Positions 9,086-19,048 of a stretch of 64,000 bases of DNA are shown piece after piece. This DNA comes from Bacteroidales bacterium (GTDB lineage Bacteria; Bacteroidota; Bacteroidia; Bacteroidales; UBA10428), in assembly GCA_016931575.1 (NCBI GenBank), contig JAFGEO010000118.1:15457-79456 (forward strand), in the 5' to 3' direction. The notes below the pieces were generated by a model. That model ran no database searches. It worked only from the letters and a program-made list of their open reading frames with translations, and was not told the origin of the DNA. Both the position numbers and the translations under genes were made by a program. How positions within the stretch are numbered: position 1 is the first letter of the stretch; every line of letters starts with the position of its first letter.

Positions 9086-12000
9086 ATGCAAAAACTATAT
9101 CATTTACAGGCTTTTGAACTGTTTTCTGTGCTTTGCTCATTTGATGATACAATGCATGAGAACACATCAGGAACGCTGAAAAAACTCGCACTTAAACTTG
9201 ATGGTTATCTGGAAGGCACTGAGTGCATACAGATCTATAAACAGAAGTACCTGTATCAGAAAGAACAACAGTCTTCCGACGAGGGTCTTTTTATCGATTT
9301 GGAGAACCTGCCCCTGCGGTATGCAAATCATGACATCCTTAATGAGAAGGAGCGCCTGGTTTTTTATGTTTCTATTCTGATCTGGATCGGGGAGTATGGC
9401 TTTCGGGATGACCTGGCAATTATGGCCCGCAGGTTTTTAAACCTGGATAAACAGCTTATCCGGGATGTTGACCATTTTCTAAATGGGGACCTTTGCATAA
9501 GCACAACAACAAGGAATGAATTGTTTCATCTTGTGCCACAGGACGGGAGAGGAGAGTCGCTGGAAGGGAAATGGATCACCAGCAATCAACCTAAGGATAC
9601 AAAGAATTCTAATCTCTTTCCGATTAAGGGGCTCAGCCATGCGGTAAACATATTGTTTGTGGATTCCTGGAAAATATTTTTCATCCGAAGTGATGAAATC
9701 TCACAACCGGAGGTTAGTGGGTGGAAAAGTGGAGTTTATGACTGGGATTTCGTAGAACCCGGAGGTGCTGTGGAACTGGGGAATGAGATTTTTCTTGAAT
9801 ATTTTGATTTAAAATGCATCCTGTATACCATCAGGAATTTTAAAAAGCTTAGCCTGGAGGTTGATGGGGTATCTTATATGCCTTCACCCGGTAAACAGAT
9901 CGGGAAGCTTGATCTTGCCATTGAATCGGGTACCCTGGTTGGGATCCTTGGAAGGGAAGGCGCCGGAAAGTCAACGATTCTGAGCCTGCTCGCAGGTGAA
10001 TTACCTCCTGCTTCCGGAGATATTTTCATTAATGGTTATCCATACAGCAGTGAATTGTTTCACCTGAAGGGAATGATAGGCTACGTTCCTGAGGAAGATA
10101 TGCTGTTTGATGAACTCTCAGTTTTCGATAATGTGTATTACTCCGCCCGGCTGTTTTTAGGGTACCTGGGGGCCACAGAGATCAGGAAAAAGGTTAGGGA
10201 ACTCCTGGTTCAGCTCGACCTGTGGGGCCTTGCCGATCAGGTTGTCGGGCCTTTTGAGGCAAAAAAACTGCAACCAGGCCAGCGTCGGCTGCTTAATCTT
10301 GCCCTGGAGTTGATCCGGGATCCCCAGGTTCTCATTGTCGACAATGCAACTGCACCACTGAGCCTTTCCGATTCTTCGAAAGTAATCCAGGTTTTATCCA
10401 CCTACACCTTTAGTGGGCACCTTGTTATTACGAGTATTACACAGACTGAAGAGAGTATCTTTCAGTATTTTGACAGGCTCCTGTTACTGGATGATCACGG
10501 ACGTCCTGCGCTATATCAGAGTGTCAGGAATGCCACCGAAACCTTGCTTGACACCATGGGCCTGAAAGCCGATGTTATTAAGTTTCCCGGACCAGGCCAG
10601 GTACTCAATTTCCTGGATGTGTCCCTTAAGGTCAGTGAAGGGAAATTCCCTTATGTGATGGATAAACCCGCAGCGTACGGTTTGGATCTCCCCGGGGAGA
10701 AATCAGTGACCTCACACGGCACAGGGAAAAAAAGAAGGAGCCTTCCGGAGAACATTCTCCGGCCACCGACGCTCGACAGACAATATATAATTTTCAGCCT
10801 CCGCAATTTTAAGACTAAGCTGTCAAGAACCAGGGAACTGCTTCTTACATTGTTTTCAGCCCCGCTTTTGGCTCTGTTTTTTGCACTGACCATGCGTGGC
10901 GATTCCTCAGCGGGGTATAGTTTTTCTATGAACCCTAACATACCGGTCTTTTTCTTCCTGAGTTTTCTATTTGCTGTCTTTTTTGGGCTCGTGTTATCGG
11001 CAAAGGAAATTTTCAGGGAGCGGCGAATCATCCAAAAACAAACCTATCTGAATATCAGTAAGTTCTCTTATATCAACTCGAAAATTACCTACCTTTTTAT
11101 CCTGGCTGCCCTGCAATCCTTCTTCTTTACTGGTATAACGCATTTACTCTTACAAATCAGGGGAATGCTCCTGGTTCACTGGCTGATCTTTTTCAGCTGC
11201 CAATCATTCGGTTTGCTGTTCGGTCTGTTATTATCAGAAAGCCACAGGACCCTCGAAAGCATCTATTCAAGATCCATTCCTTTGATTCTCATCGTCCTTT
11301 TGCTGTTTGGAGGAGGAATGATTGAGTATTCCAAGCTGAGCAAACAAAAGGAGTACTCACCTTTAATCGGAGAACTGATGGTAAGCAAAGGAGCCTGGGA
11401 GGCTATGATGGTTTACCAGGCTACCCGGAATGACTATGCAAAGGAGTTTTATCCTTACGACAAAAGGATCTCCGAGGGGAGAATAAACAGTAACTATACC
11501 ATCCCTTTAATCATGGACCAGATTGAGTATTGCAGGAGATCCTTCTCCGAAAATCCTGATTCCGCTGGCATGATCCTGGAGTCTGTCCGGAACCGACTTA
11601 TTACTTTCCGGGATAAGTACGATCTTTTTCCTTATGAAAACATCGATTCATTGACCACAGCTTCTTTCAGTTCTGCAATAGCCGAAGATCTGTTGGAATA
11701 CCTTGAGTATACTGGCCTTCAGCTAAAAAATTATTATAAGGAAGTCCTGCAACAGAAGGAGGAACACGAACGACAGCTCACTAATAGCAGGGGAAAGGAG
11801 TATATCCGAAATCTTAAAAACCGATATACCAACGCATATGTTATGCATGCAGTTTGCAATGCATCTTTCGGCCAGGTACTGGAAACTTCCTTCCTGCCTC
11901 CGGTACAGCTTATTGATCAAATTTATCAGGATCCCAAATCTAAGCTTGGCAGAACCCTTCTTTTCGTCCCGAAAAAGAATGTGAACGGTCAGTTGATCGA

Positions 12001-12115
12001 TACGCTTGAGTTTAATTTGTCGATAATCTGGCTGTTCAATTTCCTGCTTTATATCTTGCTGCTGACTGATTTTTTTAGTTTTTCAGCGCTCCACAGGATC
12101 CTTGGGAAGAAATAG
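9086..12115 (+). CDS. ABCG/ABC-2-type fused ATP-binding + permease protein with degenerate catalytic motifs and unassigned N- and C-terminal regions
   Basis: Walker A GREGAGKST is intact. The signature-like motif is LQPGQRR, the Walker B-like motif is VLIVDNATAPL, and the H-loop-like motif is SITQTE. A cluster of about 6 TM helices (aa ~590-770) is followed by one C-terminal TM helix. Confidence 0.75.
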   Translation: MQKLYHLQAFELFSVLCSFDDTMHENTSGTLKKLALKLDGYLEGTECIQIYKQKYLYQKEQQSSDEGLFIDLENLPLRYANHDILNEKERLVFYVSILIWIGEYGFRDDLAIMARRFLNLDKQLIRDVDHFLNGDLCISTTTRNELFHLVPQDGRGESLEGKWITSNQPKDTKNSNLFPIKGLSHAVNILFVDSWKIFFIRSDEISQPEVSGWKSGVYDWDFVEPGGAVELGNEIFLEYFDLKCILYTIRNFKKLSLEVDGVSYMPSPGKQIGKLDLAIESGTLVGILGREGAGKSTILSLLAGELPPASGDIFINGYPYSSELFHLKGMIGYVPEEDMLFDELSVFDNVYYSARLFLGYLGATEIRKKVRELLVQLDLWGLADQVVGPFEAKKLQPGQRRLLNLALELIRDPQVLIVDNATAPLSLSDSSKVIQVLSTYTFSGHLVITSITQTEESIFQYFDRLLLLDDHGRPALYQSVRNATETLLDTMGLKADVIKFPGPGQVLNFLDVSLKVSEGKFPYVMDKPAAYGLDLPGEKSVTSHGTGKKRRSLPENILRPPTLDRQYIIFSLRNFKTKLSRTRELLLTLFSAPLLALFFALTMRGDSSAGYSFSMNPNIPVFFFLSFLFAVFFGLVLSAKEIFRERRIIQKQTYLNISKFSYINSKITYLFILAALQSFFFTGITHLLLQIRGMLLVHWLIFFSCQSFGLLFGLLLSESHRTLESIYSRSIPLILIVLLLFGGGMIEYSKLSKQKEYSPLIGELMVSKGAWEAMMVYQATRNDYAKEFYPYDKRISEGRINSNYTIPLIMDQIEYCRRSFSENPDSAGMILESVRNRLITFRDKYDLFPYENIDSLTTASFSSAIAEDLLEYLEYTGLQLKNYYKEVLQQKEEHERQLTNSRGKEYIRNLKNRYTNAYVMHAVCNASFGQVLETSFLPPVQLIDQIYQDPKSKLGRTLLFVPKKNVNGQLIDTLEFNLSIIWLFNFLLYILLLTDFFSFSALHRILGKK

Positions 12116-12493
12116 CTAGAGGTACTTTTTCAGAACCCTTGAAAAGTCATTCAGGGTGAAGGGTTTAATAAGAATGTCCGTGCAACCGGCTTCCAGGCAA
12201 TCATCCGTTTCATCCGGAGTTCTTGATGCAGTTTGCGCAATTATCGGGATCGCCGGATTGAATTTTCGGATTTCTCTGGTGACATCGGTTCCGGAAATAT
12301 CTGGTAACTGGATATCCATTAGAATAATATCGAACGACTGATTTTGTGCCATTTCAAGAGCTTCAGTACCATTTTTTGCCCTAACGAAAGTTCCTTTAGT
12401 GAGTTTAAAGATCTGCTGAAGGTAGAGGTAATTCATATTATCATCCTCAACAACCAGAATACTTAAATTCTCTAAATTTAACGATTCACCCAT
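12116..12493 (-). CDS. Stand-alone response-regulator receiver (CheY-like)
   Basis: Motifs ILVVEDDNMN...DIILMDIQLPDISG...IIAQTA...KPF, with no output domain. Its stop codon abuts the stop of the ABC gene (TAGCTA). Confidence 0.85.
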   Translation of the reverse strand: MGESLNLENLSILVVEDDNMNYLYLQQIFKLTKGTFVRAKNGTEALEMAQNQSFDIILMDIQLPDISGTDVTREIRKFNPAIPIIAQTASRTPDETDDCLEAGCTDILIKPFTLNDFSRVLKKYL

Positions 12494-12599
12494 TCCAAAC
12501 TATGCTATTTCAGTGTTGGTGAACAAAAGTACAGGAAACTCAACTTATAATTTCCAGTAATATAATATATTTATAAACAATTCAACAAAAGGATCCGAC

Positions 12600-13922
12600 A
12601 TGTTTTCTAAATTTAAGAAGCTGATAATCAGAGATATATTAGGAAAGCCTTTGCGGGATTATAAAGGGAAATATTTCTTTTTGATCCGCCAGGCAAAGAT
12701 CTTTATGATGGCCTTCAGAGGTTTTGCTGAAGATCGCGTACAGGTTCGGGCCTCCGCTCTTACCTATTATTCGATTCTTTCCATTGTACCTATCGCTGCA
12801 CTGGCATTTGGAATTGCCAAGGGTTTTGGTTTCGACACCTTTCTTCAGGAGGAGCTGATACGTAGTTTCAAAGGACAGGAAAATGTACTGGAATGGATCA
12901 TGACTTTTGTTGAACGTTACCTTCTGCATATAAAGGGTGGCGTTATCGCAGGTGTAGGCATTGTTGTCCTTTTCTGGACGGTTGTGCAACTGCTTGGGAA
13001 CATAGAAAGTTCTTTTAATGATATCTGGCAGATTAAGAAGTCGAGGGTGATCTCCCGAAAAATGAGTGATTATATTTCGCTGGTGGTAATCACCCCGGTT
13101 CTTCTGTTTGTCTCGTCAAGTGCGACAATATTTCTGTCTGAAATGGTGGCTGACAAGGCAGATGTTGTGCCCCTCCTGGGAGTGCTGGGTAGATACCTTG
13201 CGTTTCTTATTAACCTGATTCCTTTTATTCTGATATGGTTAGTAATGACACTCCTTTACATGATTATGCCCAATACAAAAGTTAAGTTTAAATCTGCATT
13301 GATTGGGGGTATTATTGCGGGTACCATGTTTCAGTTCCTGCAAATCGGTTACTTTTACTTTCAGGGGTTTATTACCAGTTACGGTGCCATATATGGGAGT
13401 TTTGCCGCTTTCCCCCTGTTTCTGATCTGGATGCAGCTCAGTTGGCTGATCGTTTTGTTTGGTGCCGAAATTTCCTTTGCAAACCAGAATATCGATCACT
13501 ATGAGGCGGAGTCAGAAAGTTTCAACATTAGCGGTCATATGAAAAAAGCAGTTACCCTGCTGTTGCTCAGGGAGATCATTTTTAATTTCAAGGAAAGCCT
13601 TCCTCCTGAACCAGCCGACAAACTGGCTGGAAAACTCGATCTCTCGGTCAGATTGGTCCGCGATATTCTTTATGAACTTCAGGAAGCAGGGATCATTTCT
13701 GAAACCGTCACTGCAAATGTGAAGGAAAATGCCTACCAGCCTGCACAGGACCTTGAGAAATTGACCCCCGCCTTTGTGTTCAGGCAACTTGATCTCCGTG
13801 GGCAGGATTCATTATCCAATATTGATTCTCCCGCCTTGAACAAGATGATGAAAACAGTTGATCGGTTGAATGAGGAAACAATACTTTCTGAGAATAATAA
13901 GCTCATTCACGAAATTACCTAG
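12600..13922 (+). CDS. YihY/BrkB-family inner-membrane protein with C-terminal soluble extension
   Basis: The RASALTYYSILSIVPIAALAFGIAKGFG opening and multiple TM helices are typical of the YihY/BrkB family. An extra hydrophilic tail of about 130 aa follows. Confidence 0.75.
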   Translation: MFSKFKKLIIRDILGKPLRDYKGKYFFLIRQAKIFMMAFRGFAEDRVQVRASALTYYSILSIVPIAALAFGIAKGFGFDTFLQEELIRSFKGQENVLEWIMTFVERYLLHIKGGVIAGVGIVVLFWTVVQLLGNIESSFNDIWQIKKSRVISRKMSDYISLVVITPVLLFVSSSATIFLSEMVADKADVVPLLGVLGRYLAFLINLIPFILIWLVMTLLYMIMPNTKVKFKSALIGGIIAGTMFQFLQIGYFYFQGFITSYGAIYGSFAAFPLFLIWMQLSWLIVLFGAEISFANQNIDHYEAESESFNISGHMKKAVTLLLLREIIFNFKESLPPEPADKLAGKLDLSVRLVRDILYELQEAGIISETVTANVKENAYQPAQDLEKLTPAFVFRQLDLRGQDSLSNIDSPALNKMMKTVDRLNEETILSENNKLIHEIT

Positions 13923-13962
13923 GATTCCTTTGCGGGATTAATCTTCCAAGACTTTATTATCA

Positions 13963-14466
13963 ATGAATAAAAAATCAGATTATCAGCGTGTCAGTACACA
14001 TGAGCAGCTTTTTTCTGCTTCTGGCGTTATTGCGGCAGCAAACAAAATTGTCGCAGATCGTTTTGGACTGACGCCGGAGAATGCCTCGACAAATCCTGCT
14101 TTCATGACACCTGATCGCTTGGCCGAACAAACCCAGGGTAAATGCGAACTGTTCCTTCTTGTTGTTTCCGGGGTCGCTGTTGGGACAATCGGCATTGAGG
14201 CAGCCCCTGATAACCCCGATTTGTGGTATATTGAGCGACTCGCAGTTTTACCGGAAGAACAGGGCAATGGTTATGGCGTGGCACTGATGAATTTTGCTCA
14301 TGCTGCTATTCGTGACAGAGGGGCACATTTCAGCTCAGTCGCAATCATTAATGAAAACACGGAACTCAAGGCATGGTATAGCAAACTTGGATATGAAGAA
14401 ACAGGTAAAAGGGTGTTTGAACATCTTCCCTTTACGGTATGTTTTATGAAGAAAGGATTGTCATAA
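13963..14466 (+). CDS. GNAT-family N-acetyltransferase
   Basis: Acetyl-CoA binding motif region RLAVLPEEQGNGYGVALMNFA. The size of 167 aa fits the family. Confidence 0.75.
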   Translation: MNKKSDYQRVSTHEQLFSASGVIAAANKIVADRFGLTPENASTNPAFMTPDRLAEQTQGKCELFLLVVSGVAVGTIGIEAAPDNPDLWYIERLAVLPEEQGNGYGVALMNFAHAAIRDRGAHFSSVAIINENTELKAWYSKLGYEETGKRVFEHLPFTVCFMKKGLS

Positions 14467-14479
14467 CAAAAAATATTTT

Positions 14480-14487
14480 TATTTTTG
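14480..14487 (+). promoter_or_regulatory. Candidate -7 promoter box TAttTTTG for the his leader transcript
   Basis: Exact match to the Bacteroidota TAnnTTTG consensus, 21 nt upstream of the leader ATG. Confidence 0.45.
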
Positions 14488-14507
14488 CATCCATTATAAA
14501 GATAAAA

Positions 14508-14558
14508 ATGGTACTACCTGACATACATACGCATCATCATCATACCGCCAGGCGGTAA
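14508..14558 (+). CDS. His-operon leader peptide (16 aa: MVLPDIHTHHHHTARR)
   Basis: ATG-initiated mini-ORF read directly from the sequence. Codons 7-12 contain 5 His (all CAT), four of them consecutive. It lies immediately upstream of a terminator and hisG. Confidence 0.75.
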   Translation: MVLPDIHTHHHHTARR

Positions 14559-14595
14559 ATGGAAGCAGTATGTCAAATCAAAATAATTAAATGAA

Positions 14596-14625
14596 GGTTT
14601 GCAGTTGCTGCAAACCTTTTTTTTT
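14596..14625 (+). terminator. Attenuator terminator: GGTTTGCAG-TTG-CTGCAAACC + T9
   Basis: Perfect 9-bp stem, 3-nt loop and a nine-T run ending 8 nt before the hisG ATG. Confidence 0.8.
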
Positions 14626-14633
14626 ATAAGACT

Positions 14634-15491
14634 ATGGAGAAAATAAAAATTGCAGTACAGAAATCCGGACGGCTTAGTGAGAAATCGCTCGAAATGCTAA
14701 GCGAATGTGATATTACCCTGACTCAGGGTAAGCGCAAGCTTATTGCTATTTCTCATGATTTTCCGCTGGAAGTCCTGTTTCTCAGGGATGACGATATTCC
14801 GCAGTATGTCTCAGATGGCGTCGCTGATATCGGGATTGTTGGGGAAAATGAGGTCTTGGAAAAGGATAAGAAGGTAGAACTTGTGAAACGACTTGGCTTT
14901 GCCAGGTGCAGGATATCCCTTGCCATTCCGCAGGATGTGGAATATCATGGGCCACAATGGTTCGAGGGTAAGCGGATTGCAACCTCTTATCCCGGGATAT
15001 TGCAGAAATACCTCGATGAACAATCTATTCAGGCTGAAATTGAGGAAATCAGCGGTTCGGTTGAAATTGCTCCCAGTATCGGACTGGCAGATTCAATATT
15101 CGATATTGTGAGCAGCGGGAGCACCCTGGTCAGTAACCGGTTGAAGGAAGTTGAAGTGGTATGTAATTCAGAGGCCGTTATTATTGCCAGCCCTGCTCTG
15201 TCATCGGAGAAAACAAAATTGCTAAACGATCTTCTTTTCAGGATTGAAACAGTGCAGCGTTCAAAAGGGAACAAGTATATTTTACTGAATGCCCCGAATG
15301 ACAAACTTGACAAGATCATCTCTATCCTCCCGGGAATCAAGAGCCCGACGGTCATGCCCCTGCACCAGGAAGGATGGAGCTCCCTGCACTCGGTTGTTAA
15401 CGAGAAAGAATTCTGGGGTATTGTAGACCAGCTTAAAGAGAACGGTGCGGAAGGGATCCTGGCTATCCCTATTGAAAAAATGATTTATTGA
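14634..15491 (+). CDS. hisG: ATP phosphoribosyltransferase (long form)
   Basis: The IAVQKSGRLSEKS opening, a length of 285 aa including the C-terminal regulatory domain, and its position as first gene of the his cluster. Confidence 0.9.
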   Translation: MEKIKIAVQKSGRLSEKSLEMLSECDITLTQGKRKLIAISHDFPLEVLFLRDDDIPQYVSDGVADIGIVGENEVLEKDKKVELVKRLGFARCRISLAIPQDVEYHGPQWFEGKRIATSYPGILQKYLDEQSIQAEIEEISGSVEIAPSIGLADSIFDIVSSGSTLVSNRLKEVEVVCNSEAVIIASPALSSEKTKLLNDLLFRIETVQRSKGNKYILLNAPNDKLDKIISILPGIKSPTVMPLHQEGWSSLHSVVNEKEFWGIVDQLKENGAEGILAIPIEKMIY

Positions 15492-15523
15492 TTGAAATTT
15501 GATAACCATAAAAGCTGACAGCG

Positions 15524-16807
15524 ATGAAAATATTTCGTTATCCTGAAAGGGAACGTTGGTCCGACCTGTTGCTTCGCCCGGTAATGGAGATTCAGGCCCT
15601 GGATCAAATAGTTGGGGAGATTCTGAACCGGGTCAGGCAGGAGGGCGATCAGGCGCTGCTGGAGTATACCCTGAAGTTTGATAAGGTAAGTCTGGATACT
15701 CCGGCTGTGTCAGATGAAGAATTCCAGGCAGCGGAAGCGAAGGTTGATTCTGAACTTAAGGCTGCCATCCGGCTTGCCATAGCAAATATCAGGAAATTCC
15801 ATGAGGCCCAGATGCCACGCGAGGTAAGGGTTGAAACAATGCCCGGAGTGGAATGCTGGCAGAAGGGTGTAGCGATTCAGAAAGTCGGGCTGTACGTTCC
15901 CGGAGGAACGGCTCCACTGTTCAGTACGGTACTTATGCTTGCCGTTCCCGCTGTCATCGCCGGTTGCCAGGAGATTGTACTCTGTTCGCCTCCCGGAAAA
16001 GACGGGAAGCTCCACCCTGCCATTCTTTACGCTGCCAAAGAGGCTGGCGTGAAGAAGGTCTTCAAAGCAGGAGGGGCGCAGGCTATTGCAGCTATGGCTT
16101 ATGGTACGGAAAGCATTCCCGGGGTAAATAAAATTTTCGGCCCCGGCAACCAGTTTGTAACCGCAGCAAAGCAGCTCGTCTCCCGGGGCGATGTTGCCAT
16201 CGACCTACCTGCAGGGCCCTCAGAGGTAGCCGTACTGGCCGATCAGACTTCCAATCCGGTGTTTGTTGCTTCCGACCTGCTGTCGCAGGCTGAGCATGGT
16301 GTTGATAGTCAGGTAATACTGATTAGTACGTCCGGTGAATTCATCGACACTTTGTTGCCAGAGTTGAACCGGCAGCTGGAGATGCTCCCCAGAAAGGAAT
16401 TTGCTGCCAGGGCGCTTGAAAACAGTAAAGCCATCCTCGTTAATTCATATGATGATATGATGGAACTGGTGAATGAGTATGCTGCTGAACACCTTATCAT
16501 CTCCACAGCGAATGCCGATGAGCTTGCCGGACAGGTACGCCATGCAGGCTCGGTGTTTATCGGTGAGTTTACTCCTGAAAGCGCAGGAGATTACGCCTCA
16601 GGAACAAACCATACCCTCCCCACCAACGGCTATGCAAAAACTTATAGCGGGGTAAACCTCGATGCCTACTTTAAAAAGATAACCTATCAAAAGATCAGCA
16701 GGGAAGGACTGAAGCTGATTGGTCCTGCCATTGAAAAAATGGCACTGGCCGAGGAGCTTACCGCTCACCAGCGTGCTGTTGCCCTGCGTCTGAATCAAAC
16801 CAGTTAA
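15524..16807 (+). CDS. hisD: Histidinol dehydrogenase
   Basis: 427 aa with SQAEHG and PTNGYA(K)xxSGV motifs characteristic of HisD. Confidence 0.92.
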   Translation: MKIFRYPERERWSDLLLRPVMEIQALDQIVGEILNRVRQEGDQALLEYTLKFDKVSLDTPAVSDEEFQAAEAKVDSELKAAIRLAIANIRKFHEAQMPREVRVETMPGVECWQKGVAIQKVGLYVPGGTAPLFSTVLMLAVPAVIAGCQEIVLCSPPGKDGKLHPAILYAAKEAGVKKVFKAGGAQAIAAMAYGTESIPGVNKIFGPGNQFVTAAKQLVSRGDVAIDLPAGPSEVAVLADQTSNPVFVASDLLSQAEHGVDSQVILISTSGEFIDTLLPELNRQLEMLPRKEFAARALENSKAILVNSYDDMMELVNEYAAEHLIISTANADELAGQVRHAGSVFIGEFTPESAGDYASGTNHTLPTNGYAKTYSGVNLDAYFKKITYQKISREGLKLIGPAIEKMALAEELTAHQRAVALRLNQTS

Positions 16808-16818
16808 TTTCATTAAAC

Positions 16819-17859
16819 ATGATCACACCAGATGATTTATTAAGGGATAATATCAGGGACTTGCAGCCGTATTCCTCCGCACGGGATGAGTACTCCGGAG
16901 AAGATGCAATTTTCCTGGATGCCAATGAAAATCCTTTCGGCAGCGTTGCAAACCGTTACCCCGACCCCCAACAGCTTAAGCTAAAAGTTAAAATAGGTCA
17001 GATTAAGAACATACATTATGAGAACATCTTTTTGGGAAACGGGAGTGATGAGGCTATTGACTTGTTGATAAGGGCTTTCTGCGAGCCGGGCAGGAATAAT
17101 ATTGTTGCCATGAAGCCAACCTACGGAATGTATAAAGTGTGTGCCGACATCAACCGGGTAGAGTACCGAGAGGTATTGCTGGATGAGCACTACCAACTGA
17201 ACAAGGAAGCCTTGCTCGAATGCGTTGACCCCGATACCAGGCTAATGTTCCTTTGTTCCCCGAATAATCCGACTTCCAACAACCTTTACCAGGAAGATAT
17301 TCTGTACCTCCTGGAGAATTTTGAAGGAATCCTGGTACTGGATGAAGCATACATTGATTTCACAGACCAGCCCTCTTTTGTGGCCCAGCTAAGGAATTTC
17401 CCCAAACTGGTAGTTTTGCAAACACTAAGCAAAGCCTGGGGTATGGCAGGAATCAGACTGGGAATGGCTTTTGCTTCCCGGGAGATCATCCGTGTCCTGA
17501 GTAAGATAAAATATCCTTATAATGTGAATATTCTCACGCAGGAATATGCTCTAAAAATGCTTGCTCATGAGGAGGAGAAGGTAAAGGCGGTCAGGGATAT
17601 CCTGCAGGAGAGGGAAAGATTACTGCTTGAACTGGACAAACTGGACCTTGTGGAGCAAATTATGCCTAGCCAGGCAAATTTTCTAATGGTCCGGTTTGCG
17701 AAACCGCGGGAGGTATTTCACTATCTGATGAATAAGAAAATAATTGTCCGGGACCGTTCTAAAGTCCCCCTTTGCGAGGGATACCTGCGGCTGACAGTCG
17801 GTTCAGCAGGTGAAAATACCCTTCTGTTGAAAGCCTTACAGGAATTTAAGTATTGTTAA
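16819..17859 (+). CDS. hisC: Histidinol-phosphate aminotransferase
   Basis: Class-II aminotransferase with LDANENP, NPNNPT-like CSPNNPTSN and TLSKAWGMAGIRLG (PLP Lys) motifs. Confidence 0.9.
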   Translation: MITPDDLLRDNIRDLQPYSSARDEYSGEDAIFLDANENPFGSVANRYPDPQQLKLKVKIGQIKNIHYENIFLGNGSDEAIDLLIRAFCEPGRNNIVAMKPTYGMYKVCADINRVEYREVLLDEHYQLNKEALLECVDPDTRLMFLCSPNNPTSNNLYQEDILYLLENFEGILVLDEAYIDFTDQPSFVAQLRNFPKLVVLQTLSKAWGMAGIRLGMAFASREIIRVLSKIKYPYNVNILTQEYALKMLAHEEEKVKAVRDILQERERLLLELDKLDLVEQIMPSQANFLMVRFAKPREVFHYLMNKKIIVRDRSKVPLCEGYLRLTVGSAGENTLLLKALQEFKYC

Positions 17860-17923
17860 ATCGTAAAAGGTTTATCTTTGAAAACCGGTAGCTGATGCGG
17901 AACTCAGCTCAAAATTATTGAAA

Positions 17924-19048
17924 ATGAAACGGGTATTGTTTATTGACCGCGATGGTACACTTATTAAGGAACCACTCGATACGGAACAGGTGGATTCACT
18001 TGAAAAGCTGGAGTTTTTGCCGGGGGTGTTCCAGGCTATGCACCTCATAGCCAAAAACATGGATTATGAGCTGGTTATCGTCAGCAATCAGGATGGCCTG
18101 GGTACCGAATCTTTCCCGGAAGATGATTTCTGGCCTCCACACAATAAGATGCTGGAGGCTTTTAAGAATGAAGGGGTGATCTTCACCGATGTCTTTATCG
18201 ACAGGACGTTGCCTGATGACAATGCCCAGACACGCAAACCAAATACCGGAATGCTCACCGAATTTACTGGAGGTGATTACGACCTTAAAAATTCATTTGT
18301 AATAGGCGACAGGCTGACGGATGTCTCCCTTGCCCGAAATCTGGGTGCCAAAGGCATCCTGCTGTCCGGCAGGATAACCCAGGACGAGCTGCAGGAAGCC
18401 GGTCTTGAAGATTTCTGCGAGCTTCGGACCAGTGAATGGATGAAGGTTTATGAATTTCTACTGGCAGGAAACCGGAAGGCAGTCGTAGAACGCAAAACAG
18501 GTGAAACTGAAATTTGTATCAGCCTTGACCTGGACGGTGGGAAGAAAGGGGAGATCAGTACCGGACTGGGTTTTTTTGATCACATGCTGGATCAGATAAG
18601 CCGGCATGCAGGTATTACCCTGAATATTGAAGTGAAAGGGGACCTGGATGTGGATGAGCACCATACTATTGAAGATACAGCCCTTGCCCTGGGTGAAGCA
18701 TTCAACAAAGCATTATTCGATAAACGCGGAATGGAACGGTATGGCTTTGCCCTGCCTATGGACGACTGCCTGGCACAGGTCGCTATCGATTTTGGTGGCA
18801 GGCCCTGGATTGTCTGGGAAACTGAGTTTAAAAGGGAAAGAGTTGGGGATATGCCTACGGAAATGTTCTTCCATTTCTTTAAATCTTTTTCTGATGCCGC
18901 AAGGTGTAACCTGAATATAAAGGCTGAGGGTGACAATGAACACCATAAGATAGAAGCGATCTTTAAGGCCTTCGCAAGGGCCATACGCATGGCCATCAGA
19001 AGGGATGTTTTTCATTTCGAACTTCCATCAACTAAAGGAGTATTATGA
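17924..19048 (+). CDS. hisB: Bifunctional histidinol-phosphatase / imidazoleglycerol-phosphate dehydratase
   Basis: N-terminal HAD motif FIDRDGT and C-terminal IGPD motifs (DxHHxx[12 protein letters not shown]). The track start at 17918 is a TTG. I prefer the ATG at 17924 ([14 protein letters not shown]). Confidence 0.9.
   Translation: MKRVLFIDRDGTLIKEPLDTEQVDSLEKLEFLPGVFQAMHLIAKNMDYELVIVSNQDGLGTESFPEDDFWPPHNKMLEAFKNEGVIFTDVFIDRTLPDDNAQTRKPNTGMLTEFTGGDYDLKNSFVIGDRLTDVSLARNLGAKGILLSGRITQDELQEAGLEDFCELRTSEWMKVYEFLLAGNRKAVVERKTGETEICISLDLDGGKKGEISTGLGFFDHMLDQISRHAGITLNIEVKGDLDVDEHHTIEDTALALGEAFNKALFDKRGMERYGFALPMDDCLAQVAIDFGGRPWIVWETEFKRERVGDMPTEMFFHFFKSFSDAARCNLNIKAEGDNEHHKIEAIFKAFARAIRMAIRRDVFHFELPSTKGVL

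Noticed and set aside
17918-17923. TTG start for hisB at 17918, and likewise TTG starts at 51522 (receiver) and 26957 (T9SS protein)
   Set aside because: The ORF track uses the first possible start, including TTG. Nearby ATGs give N-termini that match family expectations: [12 protein letters not shown] for hisB, MNILYAEDD for the receiver, and a proper signal peptide for the T9SS protein.
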